From the NCBI RefSeq assembly GCF_009914755.1, contig NC_060929.1: a DNA stretch of 64,000 nucleotides; one strand, written 5' to 3'. The stretch is from the human T2T-CHM13v2.0 reference genome, Homo sapiens. The notes under the pieces were generated by a model. It ran no database searches and had not been told where the DNA came from. It saw only the letters and a list, made by a program, of their open reading frames with translations. Made by a program: the position numbers and the translations under genes. Shown piece after piece: positions 39,685-53,387 of the stretch; the stretch's first letter is position 1, and every line of letters starts with the position of its first letter.

Positions 39685-41420
39685 TGGTGGGGAGGGGTTC
39701 AATAGGTGAAGTACAGGAGATATTTTTAGGGTGGTGACACTATTCTGTATAATACCATAATAGTGGATGCATGACACTCTGAATTTGTTTAAGTACATAG
39801 AACTTTACAGCACAACAAATTTAGAAAATAATTTAGGAGGTTGCAAAATTTTGGGGTGGAATGTGGAATATGACAAAATAGTTTAACTGTGTTACAAATG
39901 TGTGAACTACTTAATTGGGCAGGGGAAAAACGTGTTGACCTAAATAATGTTGGAAATAAATAGAGTCTGTAAGACTAAAGATAAAAGAAACTGTCCATAA
40001 GCACCATGCCCTGGTTGATACAGTTGTTTCCCATGAAGGTGTGGTTGAACAATTCTGATACCACTATGCTTGTACACTGGCATTAAACAATTAAGTAAAT
40101 GGATGGTGGACAGTGGGATTCAGGTTTCTCACTGTTGGAGAGGGAAGTTAAGGATAAACAACATCAGAGGGCTAGAATGATCCATGGGATAAAAAATTAA
40201 AGTTGGAGATATCAGCATTAACTCATCTTTAGCTTATATAGATATGGCTGGTTTCGCATAGAAATATTCATAGATATGCACATAGAAATATTCATAGACA
40301 TGCATATAAACATGGGTTAGTACATGTGTTTCCTTGTTCTGTCAGCTGAAAGGGCCTATAAGAAAGGACATCCCAGTGGAAGTCAGCACATGTTATGCAT
40401 AGATATTGGCTTGTAACAACATTCCCCATTAAAAGAAACCAGAGCTCCTGGGAGAAGTGGCTGATATTACAATAGCAGAAGAAATATACAAGTTGGGCCT
40501 GAGTACTTTGTAGTGCCAGAAGGTTAAGAAGGACTAAAAGACCCCACAATTATGAAGGTATGTCAATGTCACAGGGACACAGAAACCAACTTAAAGAGTT
40601 GCCAATGCACAGAAACCAACTTAAAGAGTTGCCAATGACCAAAGCTGGAACAATATGAGGAATAAAATAAATTAGTATTAGATTATATCTCAAATTATAA
40701 AATGAATATTCATGAGTCCATACTCCTATAAACAAGTGCTTGAATAAATAATGGGAGAGAAGAGAAAAATCTCCTAGGCAGAATAGTTCCAAATAATTTA
40801 TTTAGATACTTGAATCTTAAGGAGATCTAACATAACTCTCCACTTCTTGAGTGTGGGCTGTGCAGTCTCTTCTTTTCAAAGAATACAATCTGAAAAGTGG
40901 GAAAAAGATAAACTTCACTGTGGAGAAACTTGACAACACTACCTCAGCCAGGTAATCAAGGTCAACATCAACAGTGATAAATCATATTGACAGTATTATG
41001 TCCCTAATATGATAAGAATGGGACTTTCCTTTCGTGGTCATCCTTCCCAAACTCAAAATCCCAGTCTAAGCATTAAAAAACTTGAGGAATGTTCTATAAA
41101 ACACCTAACCAATATTCCTCAAAACTGCCATGGTCATCAAAAATAAGGAAACTGTCACAGCCAAGAAAAGCCTAATAACCATGAAATGTGATATTTTTGA
41201 TGAGAAAATAGATCAGAAAAAGAACATTAAGTGAAAAATAATAAAAATATTTAAGCTTTAGTTAATCATAGGGTATCATTATTGGCAACCAGTGTGTCAT
41301 ATTAACTTGTAACCGATATTAATAATTGAGGAAACCAGGTGTGGGATATATGGATGCTTTTGTATGATCTTCCCAATTTTTCTGTAAATCTAAAACTATT
41401 GTAAGATATAGAAATTATTT
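39685..41420 (+). mobile_element. L1MC/MD-type 3' UTR
   Basis: cactattctgtataatacc ... caaggtcaacatcaacagtgataa ... ttttctgtaaatctaaaact. Confidence 0.75.
40578..40637 (+). repeat. Perfect 30 bp tandem duplication
   Basis: cacagaaaccaacttaaagagttgccaatg x2. Confidence 0.97.
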
Positions 41421-41831
41421 ATTTTAAATGGTGGAAAACATGTTCCTAACTCAAGTGAAATCTGGTATTAAAATGCTCTTGTTTACAAACATCTGTTAAC
41501 ATATTTGAATTTCAATGTTCAGATGTGTATTTAGTGCCAAGAAAATGCTTCCAGGATAATATTTAAACCCAAATATGCTCATTACTCCTGAAAAAATGTC
41601 TCCTTTACTAAAACAGCTTTGAGATTCATGGTTTAAAAGCCTTCTGTTGTTGGAACTAGAACCCTTCACCTATGTGACTTGTACGATGGCAGCAGAAGCA
41701 GCTGTTAGGATTACAGTCTACTTAGATTTCTTAATAATTTATTTTAAGGCTTATAATAATTTGTTTTAAAGTTTTCCACAGAGGAGAGGGAGAAAAGTAT
41801 GCTTGGGAATAGTGAGCTATTTGTATTTTTT

Positions 41832-42200
41832 TGCTTTAGTCCTTTTTGTGCTGTTATAACAGAATACCATAGACTGGGTAATTTATAAACTTTTATTTTT
41901 CACAGTTCTGGAGGCTGAGAAGTCCATGATCAAGGGGTTGGCAGGTTCAGTCTCTGGTTCCAAGATGGTGTCTTGTTGCTGCATCCTCCAGAGAGGAGTA
42001 ACATTTTGTCCTCACGTGGCAGAATAGTGGAAGAGAGAGAACCCACCCCTGAAATCCTGTTTTATAGCTGTATTAATCCACTTACGAGTTCAGCACTTTC
42101 ACGACCTAAACACTCGCCAAAGACGTCATCTTCCAACACTGCTGCAGTGGGGATCATGTTTCTAACACATGATTTTGGAGAACATATTCAAACCATTGCA
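41832..42200 (-). mobile_element. MaLR solo LTR (MSTC/D-like)
   Basis: gctgttataacagaataccatagactggg ... catattcaaaccattgca. Confidence 0.75.
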
Positions 42201-43290
42201 GTGTTATCAGCTTTTTCCTACTTCTTCACTGTAATACTAGAGTTCACATTTACTGAAAAGGGAACATACAAACTGAATTGAGTGTGTTTAGAGATCTGAT
42301 ATAGATTTTTTAAATATGAATTTTGTTGAAAAACAGTCCTCAATAATCCTTTGTCATGTGGATTTTTTTCTATGTAAAAATACTTATTCTGTTTCTAAGC
42401 CTTAATCTTGAAATGATACTTTCTAATAATACCAATATTTAAAAAAACTTAACAGATAACATAATACTTTATCATATTTTTGAAACAAGACTTGGAGCTT
42501 CCATATAATAAGTAAACATTTAATACAGAATTATTTGGGAACTCATCATTGTAATTAGTGTACATTACCAAATATTGATTGAGCCAGTTAGTAATTATAA
42601 TCTATCAGCAAATTAGGGTATTAATATGTGCATTTAAATAGGTAAGTGATATGCTTTAAAATAACTACTTATTTAGCTTGTGAGAATGATTTGAATAATT
42701 TAAAATAGGTGTTTTTTCCCACAAATTTTTGCAGGAATTTCAAGCACTCTTTTAGAGTGTTCAATTTTAATTTAAATGTGGAGTGGTGTGAGCAAAAGTC
42801 TTGCAAAAATCACAATATTAATTTCCAATTTTCCTCCGTTTGGAATGCCCTTTCTCAATTTTGCATGTAAAATCTTTAAAGTTGTGCCTATAAATGCCTT
42901 TCCTTGATAGCCTTATAATTGTCCAGATGCATGTAATTTTCCCCTCTTCAGAAGCCCTGCTAACTTATCAGATAAATCGATTACAAACAGGAAAAAAATT
43001 CTTACATCTAGCTTGTCTCAAGGGAAGAGACTCCAGAGAAAGTCAATACAAAGATTTCTCTCTTAATAAAGGCATAAGGAAAACAATGCAAAGAAATGAA
43101 TGTCCAATCAAAGATTGTCAGGAGAGACTCACAGGCTGACTTCAGGGCATTGTATCTTTAAACATCTGGTTTATGACTACCAGACAATACGGATTGAGAG
43201 GATGAGGTAGATTTCATTTTTTAGGAGGTTGTTAATGTGATTAAAAGCTATCAGATAATTGTTCAAACATTTTATCAGGAATTCCAGTTA

Positions 43291-43656
43291 CAGTATTCTC
43301 CCTTTATCCATGGTTTTGCTTTCCATGGTTTCAGTTGCCCTTGGTAAACTGTGGACTAAAAATATTAAACAGAAAATTCTAGAAATAAACCATTCATAAA
43401 TTTTAAGTTGCATGCCATTCTGAGTATCATGATTAAGTCTTGCACCATCCTGCTCCATCCTGGCCACGACATGAATCATCCCTTTTTTCAGCAAATCCAT
43501 GTTTTATATGCTATTCTCCCATTAGTCACTTCATCACCATCTCAGAGTTTTCAGATCAAATAAACATACCATACATTGGGTTTAGTATTATCTGAGGTTT
43601 CAGACTGCCACTGGGGGTATTGAAACTTATCCCCAGAGGATAAGGGGGAACTACTA
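43291..43656 (+). mobile_element. MER44A-like Tigger MITE
   Basis: TIRs cagtattctccctttatcc / ggataagggggaactacta; TA on both flanks. Confidence 0.85.
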
Positions 43657-44131
43657 TACTTTCTAGGAGGGGTTATAAACAATATCATGCAAAAGAGTTC
43701 TGTTCTGGGTGACATTTAGAAAATTGTCTTTTCCCTGCACTGAAGGGCTTATCTGAAACAAAGCACTTGGTGGTAGACTGCATAACACAAGAAGCAGAGG
43801 AATATTACACGTTTTATTGGGAGAATTTTTGGAGGGAACATTTTCTTTTTTCTCTCGTATAGCGTTTTGCAACACATACATGCACCAGTAAACTAAGAAA
43901 ATGTCTCTTCTACTGATCAATTTCATGTTTTCACACTTAGGTTCTATGCAAGCCCAAGGAACAGAATGCTTTTACGTGTCTGAGTAACAAGAGGATTTTA
44001 TACTTGTGTGACTTCACACACATTGTGGTGTTTGTCCTGCATTGAATCAAAGTGAAGGAGGTCATAATTCTGATCATAAAACAGCACATTAATATCATTA
44101 ATCAGCTGCAATAGATGAGCAAAAACTGCTG

Positions 44132-44965
44132 ATTATTTATTTATTTAATTTATTCATGTGTGTTTGTTTAGATACATAATATTTGTGCATATTTATGGGG
44201 TGTATGTGATATTTTTATACATGCATGCATTATGTAACGATTAAATCAGGGTATTTAAAATGGATATTCATTCACCTCAAACATTTCTCATTTATTTTTG
44301 CTGGAAACATTTCAAACCTTCTCTTTTAGCTATTTGAAATACACAGTATATTATTGTTAACTATCACCACCTTACTGTGCTACAACACTAGAACTTGTTC
44401 CTTCTAGCCACCTGTATATTAGTACCCATTAACCCACCTCTTATTACTCCTCACCCTACCCATTCCAGCCTCTATCATTCTACTCTCTAGCTCCATGAGA
44501 TAAAAATTGTTAGCTCTCACATATGAGTGAGAACATGCAATATTTGTCTTTCTGTGAAGAGCTTATTTCATTTAACGTAATGACTTCGACTTCCATCTAT
44601 ATTGCTGCAAATGAAAAGACTTCATTCTTTTTTATGACTGGATAGTAATTCATTGTAAATTAACATTTTCTTTGTCCATTTATCTACTGATGGACATTTA
44701 GATTAATTGCATATCTTGGCTATTGTGAATAGTGTTACAATAAACATGGGGGTGTTAGTACAACTTTGATATACTGATTTTCTTTCCTTGGGATACATAC
44801 CCAGTACTGGGATTGCTAGATTGTATGGTAGTTTTAACTTTAGCTTTTTTTTTCTGAGAAACCTCCATAATCATTTCTATAACGACTGTACTAATTTACA
44901 TTTCCACCAACAGTGTATAAGAGTCCCCTTTCCTCTGCATCCTCATCAGCATTTGTTATTTTTTA
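44132..44965 (-). mobile_element. L1MA-type 3' end
   Basis: Antisense 3' UTR: atatgagtgagaacatgcaatatttgtctttctg ... catttccaccaacagtg. Confidence 0.85.
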
Positions 44966-45635
44966 AGACTGTTGTTTCTGGAAAGTTTACTTGCTACCTT
45001 GGAAATTGGAGGTGCCTGTTTCCCCCTCAGTACTGATTACCTGTACAAAAAAGCACAGGCTTCCACAAATCAATTTAGCTTCCGATATATTCATTCAAAT
45101 GTTTTATTCACAAACAAGAGACTATCCTCAATTCAGTTCCCATGTAACAAAAGAAGCCCCAAATTTATGGGTATTGAGGTTTCTAGTTTCTTCTTTTATC
45201 TCAAATTGCAATAATTTCACTTGCAACAAGAAACACAAATTGTTAAATAAAATAGGACATTTTAAGTGTATGCTTAAAACCAGTGAAACTAAGGCAATGA
45301 GAGAAATTCTGAATAATTTTGAATCACTAATGCTTTTGCCAAAAAAGATATTGATGCTGATACTACATTAAACTTAATAGTGGAACAGTGGAAAACATGA
45401 TAGCAATTCCAATGACAATTAGAACTCCTTGTACTCAATTTTTAGTAACTGACAGAGTGAGCAGACAAAAAATCTAGGAGGGTATTTCAGCATATGCACA
45501 ATATACAATATATTTTCTCAGCTGCTTGGGAAAATGGAAAGCTACCTAATATTTTCCTTAACCATTGTTTAAAACAAGAAAATAAACACCAGCATAATTT
45601 TGTCATTTTATAAAGGTTTCTTAAGTATTCTTAGA

Positions 45636-45999
45636 GCAATAGTGTGAATGTTTGTGTAACCCTCAACTTCATATGTTGAAATCCTAAACTCTTGAGATGA
45701 TGGTATCAAGAAGTGGGGCCTTTGGGAGGAGATTAGGGAAATAGCCTATGCCTTTATGAATGGGATTAGTGTTTGTATCAAAGAGGTCTGAAAAAGATCC
45801 CCTATCCTCTTTGCCTTGTAAGGTTACAATGAGAAGGTGCCATCTATGAAGGTAATGGGCGTTTACCAGTCACTGATTTTGTTGGCACCTTGACCTTGGA
45901 CTTCCCAGCCTCCAGAAATACGAGAAATAAAGTACTGTTGTTTATAAGTCACCCAGTCTATGCTATGTTTTAATAGCAGCTTGAAAGAACTAAGATACA
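45636..45999 (+). mobile_element. MLT1A0-like solo LTR
   Basis: ttcatatgttgaaatcctaa ... ttggacttcccagcctccagaa ... gaactaagata. Confidence 0.82.
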
Positions 46000-46059
46000 C
46001 AGAGTGATGAACTCCGGACTTGTGTTAATTTGCAAAATAATTTGTGATAAAATAATTAG

Positions 46060-46660
46060 TTCAGCCACTGTGGAAAGCAGTTTGCAGATTTCTCAAAGAG
46101 GTTGAAACTACCACTCAACCCAGCAAACCCATTACTAGGTATATATCCAAAGGAAAATAAATTGTTCTGCCAAAAAGACACATGTGCTCATATGTTCATC
46201 ACAACACTCTTCACAATAGCAAAAACAGAATCAACCTAGGAGCCCATCAATGGTGGACTGGATAAAGACAATGCAGTACATATACACCATGGAATACTAT
46301 GCAGCCATAAAAAGGAAAAGGAACAAAAGCAGGTACTTTGCAGCCATATGAATGTAGCTGGAGGCCATTATCCTAAGCATATTAGTGCAGGAACAGAAAA
46401 CCAATACTGCATGTTCTCACTTATAAGTAGGAGCTAAACACTGTGTACACATGGACATAAAGATGGGAACAATAAACACTGAGGCCTACTAGAAAGGGGA
46501 GAGAAGGGGGAAAGGAAGGCCTGAAAAACTATCTATTGGGTACTATGTTCACTACCTGGGTGACAAGATCATTTGTACCTCAAACTTTGGCATTACGCAA
46601 TATGCCCATGTAGCAAACCTGCACATATTCCCCCGAACCTAAAAAAAAGTTGAATTTATA
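46060..46660 (+). mobile_element. L1PA15/16-like 3' end
   Basis: tcagccactgtggaaagcagtttg ... aaacctgcacatattcccccgaacctaaaa. Confidence 0.85.
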
Positions 46661-46664
46661 TAAA

Positions 46665-47790
46665 AAATTAACCTTAGCTTACTGTAATTGCTTTACTTTA
46701 TAAACTTTAATTTTTTAATCTTTTGACTTTTTTATAGTAACATTTAGCTTAAAATCAAACACAATGTGCAGCTCTACAAAAATTTTATTCTTTATACCCT
46801 TATTCTATAGCTTGTTTTAAGACCCTTATTTATTTATTATTTTAATTTTTAAACTTTTTGATTAAAAAGTAAGATACACACACATACATTAGCCTAGGCC
46901 TACATGGGATCAGAATCATCAATATTACTGTGTTCCACTGCAACGACTTTCCCGCTCCTCATTATTGTCTCACTGGAAGGTCTTCAGGGGCAATAACATG
47001 CATGACACTATCATTTCCTATAATAACAATGCCTCTTCTTTTTTTAAACTATTTTGTGAAGAATCTACTATATTTAACAAAAATCTCAAATATCCCACAA
47101 TTTTATTAACTATAGTCCTCATGTTGCACATTTGACCTCTAAACTTATTCAAACATTAATGTTATTGTTACCATCAGTCTCTGGATGTAAAACATTATTA
47201 GTTAGAAGAGTAAAGTCATGCTGAAAACTGTAGACTTGCTTTTCACAATCACATTTACCTCATTCGTTTGCCCTGATACCCAAATACAAATGATAGTTGT
47301 TATACACATTGAAACTACTGATTAGCTGTAATTATTTTTAAGATGGACAAATGAACCACACATTAAACTCTTGAACTTGCCAGCAAGGGGAATTAAATTA
47401 CTCTTTAAAACTTTAACCAGAATATCAATTATAAACAATGCCTTCTTTTAGAATACCTCCAGAAAGACCTGCCTGAGGCTGTTTTACAGTTAACTTCTTT
47501 ATAAGTAGGAATACATTCTAAAAGTTTAGTATAGTAAATATAATCATTTATTATCGTTATCAAGTATCACGCACTATGCATAATTGTATGTGCTCCACTT
47601 TTATATGACTGGTAGCACAGTAGTTTTGTTTCCAACAGAATCACTGCATTGCTCTTCGACATTACCACTGTAATAGGAATTTTTCAGCTGTATTCTGATC
47701 TTATTTATCTATTCAGCTCTATTATGATCTCCATTATCTATGTGGTCCATCATTGACCCAAATGTCCCTGTGTGTTGCAAGATTGTGTAA
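46665..47790 (+). mobile_element. Tigger3-family DNA transposon fragment with an internal insertion (47041-47433)
   Basis: aaccttagcttactgtaa, cattagcctaggcctaca, aatacctccagaaagacctgcctgaggctgttttacagttaac. Confidence 0.75.
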
Positions 47791-47987
47791 GTATTTTAGT
47801 GCACATATGATTGAGAAAGCTACATGGACATGTGTAGATAGGGCACAGGTATTAACAAGCTACACAATGGGAACGGGAAACTTGATCATGGCTTCTAGGC
47901 TTCCTTGATTAACCACTGGACATGGTCATTTGAATTTTTCTTTTGACTTTTTGGTGAGTACAATGGGGCAATTTAAAAATAGTTTTA

Positions 47988-48297
47988 GGCTGGACATGGT
48001 GGCTTACACCTGTAATCCCAGCATTTTGGGAGGCCGAAGAGGGAGGACTGCTTGATGCCAGGAGTTTGAGAGCAGCCTAGACAACATAGCGAGAGCACAT
48101 TTGTACCAAAAAAAAAAAAAAAATTAGCCAGGCCTGGTGGCACATGCCTATTGTTCAAATTACTCAGGAAGCTGAGGAAGGAGGATCGTCCAAGCCCAGG
48201 AGTTTGAGGCTACAGTGATCTAGGTTCACACCATTGCACTCCAGCCCGGGTGACAGAGTGAGACCCTGTCTCTAACAAAAAACAAAAACAACAACAA
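47988..48297 (+). mobile_element. AluJ
   Basis: ggagtttgaggctacagtga; TSD aaaaatagtttta. Confidence 0.93.
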
Positions 48298-49428
48298 AAA
48301 AATAGTTTTAAAATGTATTTGAATACACGTCTTTTAGAAAAATGTATAAGGAAATAGGAACATATTATCAAATACCTCACTTTCCACCCTATCATTTCTG
48401 CCTTAGCCAGCAGAAGTGGCTGATTAGTGTAAACAAATTTAGAGACTGAATTTGCTTTCTTCATAAAATGGATCACAATACCAGGAGAATGAAACCGTGT
48501 TGGGTAAAATACAGTTTAACAATCAAGAAAGCCTTACAGAGTGGTTTTTGTAGTAGATAATTTCTCAAGGTTACACACTTTTAATCAACAATTGAAAGGC
48601 AAAAACTGTAAGTATTTTTACTGAGCATAAAATGATCGCTGCAATGCAAAACAAGTATGAGCAATGGAAGAAACAAACCGACGATGGAGACTGCGAGTCA
48701 TTTGAGGCTATGGATTCATTAAGATGTGATGAAAATCAATTAACAAAGACATAAAACTCATCAGTGACCTTTAATCCTGCCTCCCCGCCCACCCCACACA
48801 GCCTATCGTGGTATTCTGCTGCGAAAGTAAAACATACATGAACCACTATGGTCTATGATATGGCCATAACATTTGGCCTATGAAAAAAGAAGGTGCTTGT
48901 GGAAACTTTCATTGAATTTTACTGATTCTTCCACAGCATTCTGCTCTCACTTGCATAACAGTGACAGAGTAAAAGCACTGTTTTGACATTATATCCACAG
49001 ACCTATTTTTGCATTTGCCACAATGTTTGCTAAGTCTAGCCTTGACACCATCTAGTCTCAAACATTTCAGAGAAAATAGCTTATGATTACCGACCAACTT
49101 TAACAACTTTCTTTGAGAATGTTAGAGGAATCCTAGTTAGGAAATAGTCTAACACTTCCCCTTCTCTCCCATTTTACAGATGTAAAGTAAACTTCACTTC
49201 CCAGAGAAGTGAAGAGGTGAGTCCAAGGCAGTACACTCTTAAGATTTCTGGATCAATCCCTGTTTTGTTTACCAACCACCATTAAACACACAAAAGTTTT
49301 ATCAAGGCACAAATAGGATATCAAAACAATTCAAGACTTCAGCATCTTCTGAGAGCCGAGCACTTGAGTACCCACATGGTGATGGGGAAAAGTAAGGAGA
49401 AAACACCATATGGGCACCATCCTGATTA

Positions 49429-49913
49429 TGAAACTGGCCCAATTGTCTCACAGAACTAATGTTTTTGGTTTCTTTTGAATAGAAATTGATCCTCCCAGTC
49501 CTAAAATTTGAGAAAGTTACATTTGTCTTATCTGAGTCTCTTTCTCAGGAAACCAACCATCAGTCCTCCCAGATAGTATCAAGGAGCTGAAACTCACCAA
49601 ATCACCACGTCTGGACAATGAGACATCAGACCCCTCACCCATCATGACTGCCTAACTGACCACCTGCTTCCTGTTGACCAACTCCTCTTCTTTACCCCTC
49701 CCTAATTCCTGTTTTACTACACACAGTTACATTTCTTCCCTGTTACATAAACACTGAATTTTAGTCCATCAGGGAGATGGATTTCACACCTATCTCCTCT
49801 GCTATGGCACCCGCATAAGGCCTTTTTCCCTGGCAATCCTCGTTGTTTCAGTGATCAGCTGTCTATACAGTGAGCAGCAGGACTTAGATCCAATGCCTGG
49901 CATTTTGGTAACA
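49429..49913 (+). mobile_element. ERV1-class solo LTR
   Basis: tgaaactggcccaattgtc ... ttttggtaaca; TG...CA termini. Confidence 0.75.
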
Positions 49914-50044
49914 AATTCTTTACCTCTTACACCTACATTTCCAGCCTTGATGTCTGCACAAGGGAAATTTGTTTATATTGGATGCTCTGATGTGGTGCTC
50001 CCAGTCTGAATCTACCAAATTATTACTCATTTCTGTGGTCACCA

Positions 50045-51139
50045 TGATGGCAGCAGCTGCTCCAGATGGCCTGTCAAGCCATCATGCTGGCTGCAGCAGG
50101 GAGGCGCAGCCAGGGCTGCAAGCTCCTTGGAGCCAGTGGGAGCAGGAGACAAGTGGGATCCCCACCACTTCCTGGCTGTGGACCCAGGCCTCCCACTCCA
50201 AAGAGCAGGCAGAAGCCCCGCCCTCCTAGGCAAGGCTGCAGGAACCCAAGTTGCAGATAGCAGCCTCCCTGCTCTGGAGGGCAGGGAGCAGGCAGGACCC
50301 CTGCCCTCCAGGGTGCAGCTGCAGCTGCCCAAACTGTGGCTTAAGACTCAGGCATCCCTGCACCCTTGGGGATCCAGGAAGGCCTCCCTGTCATCAGGCT
50401 TGTAAGTATCTCTTCCCACTGCCTGGCTTCTCCCTGCTGTCAGTGCCTGCTCATCTTGGAGCAAAGTCCAGAGGAGTCCTGAGCCCCAGTGACATGAATG
50501 GCAGCAGGAGGCAGACAGATTTCTGGTCAGGAGGGAGAGGTCCCTGGTGAAGCCCCACCTTCAGGCTGGGGGCCAGGCTGCCAGTCCCACTGACAGGAGT
50601 GGGAACTTGTGCCTTTTCTGGCCACCCATCACCACCCTGTGACTGACCAGCAGGCACTTCCTCCCCTCTGAGGCCCATAAAAGCCCTGGGCTCAGCCAGA
50701 GCTGAAGAGAAGATGGGATGGCCAGCAGCAGAGAGGAGCTATTCACTCTAGGGCCTCCTCTCTGCTGAAAGCTTCAGAGACCTGCAGAAATGTTGGGACT
50801 ACCAGCTGCAGAGAGGAACCCACTGCAAGGCCTCCTCTCTGCTAGGAGCTGGGGAGATGATGGGACAACCTGACTGCAGAGAGGAGCAACCCTCTCCAGG
50901 GCCTCCTCTCTGCTGAGAGTTAAACACTCGATGGGATGACCTGCCTACAGAGAGGACCTGCCTACTGCATGTCTCCTCTGAGCTATACTAACACTCAATA
51001 AAGCTCCTGTTTGTCTTGCTCAGCCTCCACTTGTCTGCATACCTCATTCTTCCTGGACACAGGACAAGAACTTGAACAAAGGCACCACTGGCCACAGAGG
51101 TTTCTGGCCAAAATGTGACACCCTAAAGATCTCATAACA
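50045..51139 (+). mobile_element. MER52-family solo LTR
   Basis: GC-rich tgatggcagcag...ataaca; internal gcagagaggag/ggcctcctctctgct repeats; AATAAA at 50997; 4 bp TSD acca. Confidence 0.88.
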
Positions 51140-52083
51140 ACCATAACTTTGGGTAGTGTAGATAAGTCTTGACACACACAAAAAGTGAATATTTTAAATC
51201 ACCATTGTTCTTACCTGCTCCCCTTCTGGGCCAGCTATAGGAAATACTCTTTTGAAGGACATTTGGGAATTTACTGGGTATATTTAGTTCCTGAAAGAAT
51301 CTCAGTAACTAGGGGGTAAATCACTTAACTTAGTTAAGTTTCAGGAAGCATCAAGCCACAACTGTATGCTGTCTACAGCTACTGGAAGTGACTCCCTCAT
51401 TCACAATACTCAGGGCATAGCTCCAAGTATTTGCCATCTTACTCACAAGTCAGGGATGACACAGGAACCAAACTTTAGCATGAAAATCATAGTAAGTCAC
51501 TTTTCAGATTAAGATAGCTTTTCAGGTTTTGGGAATTCACCTATATGGAAACCACTGAAGCCACTGTGGATATTTTGACAATAAACTGTGCTAAAGTGAG
51601 TCAAATAAAAAACAAATCTGACATAGATACACATTAACTCTCTAGTTTGGTAAGTTGCATGAGCAGATTTTTAAAAACAATATATAATGAATATTTTGAA
51701 TTTAAAATAAATTAGATTAAAACAATTACTGATTAGATAGCTCACCTTCCTCAAGAGCTATTCTATCAATGATTTTAATAGCACTTTATCTACACTTGAT
51801 GAGTTCTTAATTATAATAATTTGGTTTCAAAAGTCAGGGATTTCTTTTAAACAAGTGACAATAACAATGAATATTCTTATGAAGATATTTCATAGTTAAA
51901 TTTAGCCACTTCACAATGAATACATTTCAAAACATCATGCTATAAACCATAACTATATATAATTTTTATTTGGCCATTTAAAATAAATAAAGAAAGATAT
52001 TCTATTTTGCCTTATTTGTGGATCATAATAGATTATATCTAATAATCTATTCGGGTTTTAAAGAAGAGACATTTTGTAATCTC

Positions 52084-52157
52084 CATATATATATGTGTGT
52101 GTGTGTATATATATGTGTGTGTATATATATATATATTTATGTGTGTATATATATATT
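52084..52157. repeat. Compound (TA)n/(TG)n microsatellite
   Basis: Read directly from the sequence. Confidence 0.9.
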
Positions 52158-52377
52158 AAAATTCTATTTAAAAGGTTAATTTTTTTATAACAGGCTGTCA
52201 GAGCAATGAATACATGTGATTGATGTTTTTCTACCCTTAGTTTCTGATTCATGATAATGAGATTGTGTGAAGATCTTCATGCTCATGCTGGGTATTCTCT
52301 ACATCATGAAACTGTTGCAGGAAGTGCAGAGCTAGTAAGGTTCCAAACAGTAATTGTGACTTTGTTAAAGTGAAAAC

Positions 52378-52589
52378 TTTTTTTTTTTTTTTTTTTTTTT
52401 GAGACAAAGTCTGGGTCTATCACCCAGGCTGCAGTGCAATGGCACAATCTTGGTTCACTGCAACCTCTGCCTCTGAAGTGGGGTTTCCTGATGATGCCCA
52501 GCTGCTCTTGAACTTGTGAGCTCAAGCGGTCTGCCCACCTCGGCCTCCCAAAGTGCTGGAATTACAGGCATGAGCCACTGCACTCTGCC
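52378..52589 (-). mobile_element. Alu with an internal deletion across the central linker
   Basis: caacctctgcctc joined almost directly to ggggtttc. Confidence 0.9.
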
Positions 52590-52764
52590 TTGGAGCGAAA
52601 ATATTGAATGTGATATTGCTTTCAATGTTGACCACTGATTACCAAGATGCGTCTTAAGTTTTGAAGCAGTTTCTCTTTTCATTCAGAGATTACATGCAGG
52701 GTTTTGATTAGTAGTCACCACAATGATATTTTCTCACATTTTATGTACCTCATACAACCCTTAA

Positions 52765-53387
52765 TGAGGGAGAAGAAAAGGAAAAATCAATTAGGTAGAC
52801 AGTTAAACCTGGTCCTCAGAGAAGCATCCTGCCTGAAAAATCATGGTTACAGGCAAAAATAGAGCAGCCTGGGGAAAACTCACACTGCACCTGCACAGAT
52901 AAGCAGGCAGGGTCCAGCACAGAAGCCTTTTGTTCTTTGTGTGATTAATGGGCTCCCAGGAAAGTTTCCTCCATTTTTCAGACACGTACATGGTGGAATC
53001 CATGGGAACTTGCACAGGGAAGGGAAATGGGGCTTGCCTAAAACAAACCCACAGTTATACAAACAAGAGCAGCTGTGTTTTGTGCTTACCTGGTGACATC
53101 CCGCCTGCATATACAGGAGGCCTTATACAAAGAGCTTTTCAGATAAGAAAGTTTAATCAGACAGCTACAGAGATGAGAGGAATTTCTCATGAAAGCTTTT
53201 GGATTCAACTGTAAAAGTGGCAACCCACTCAGACTCCCCTCTCTGCTGTGGAGAACTTTCTTCTTTTGCTTATTAAACTTTCGCTCCAACTTCACCCTTT
53301 GTGTCCATGCTCCTTAATTCTCTTGGTCATAAGACAACAAGCTCGGATAATGCCTTAGATGATACCAGTGACCACTGACCTGTTTCA
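52765..53387 (+). mobile_element. ERV1-class solo LTR
   Basis: tgagggagaag...tgtttca; attaaa poly-A signal; flanks cttaa / cttat. Confidence 0.8.

Noticed and set aside
49969-50746. Cluster of overlapping ORFs resembling a GC-rich gene
   Set aside because: It lies within the GC-rich MER52 LTR, where stop codons are scarce.
50720-50985. Spaced gcagagagga...ggcctcctctctgct repeats resembling a CRISPR-like array
   Set aside because: These are intrinsic internal tandem repeats of MER52-type LTRs, in a eukaryotic context with no cas genes.
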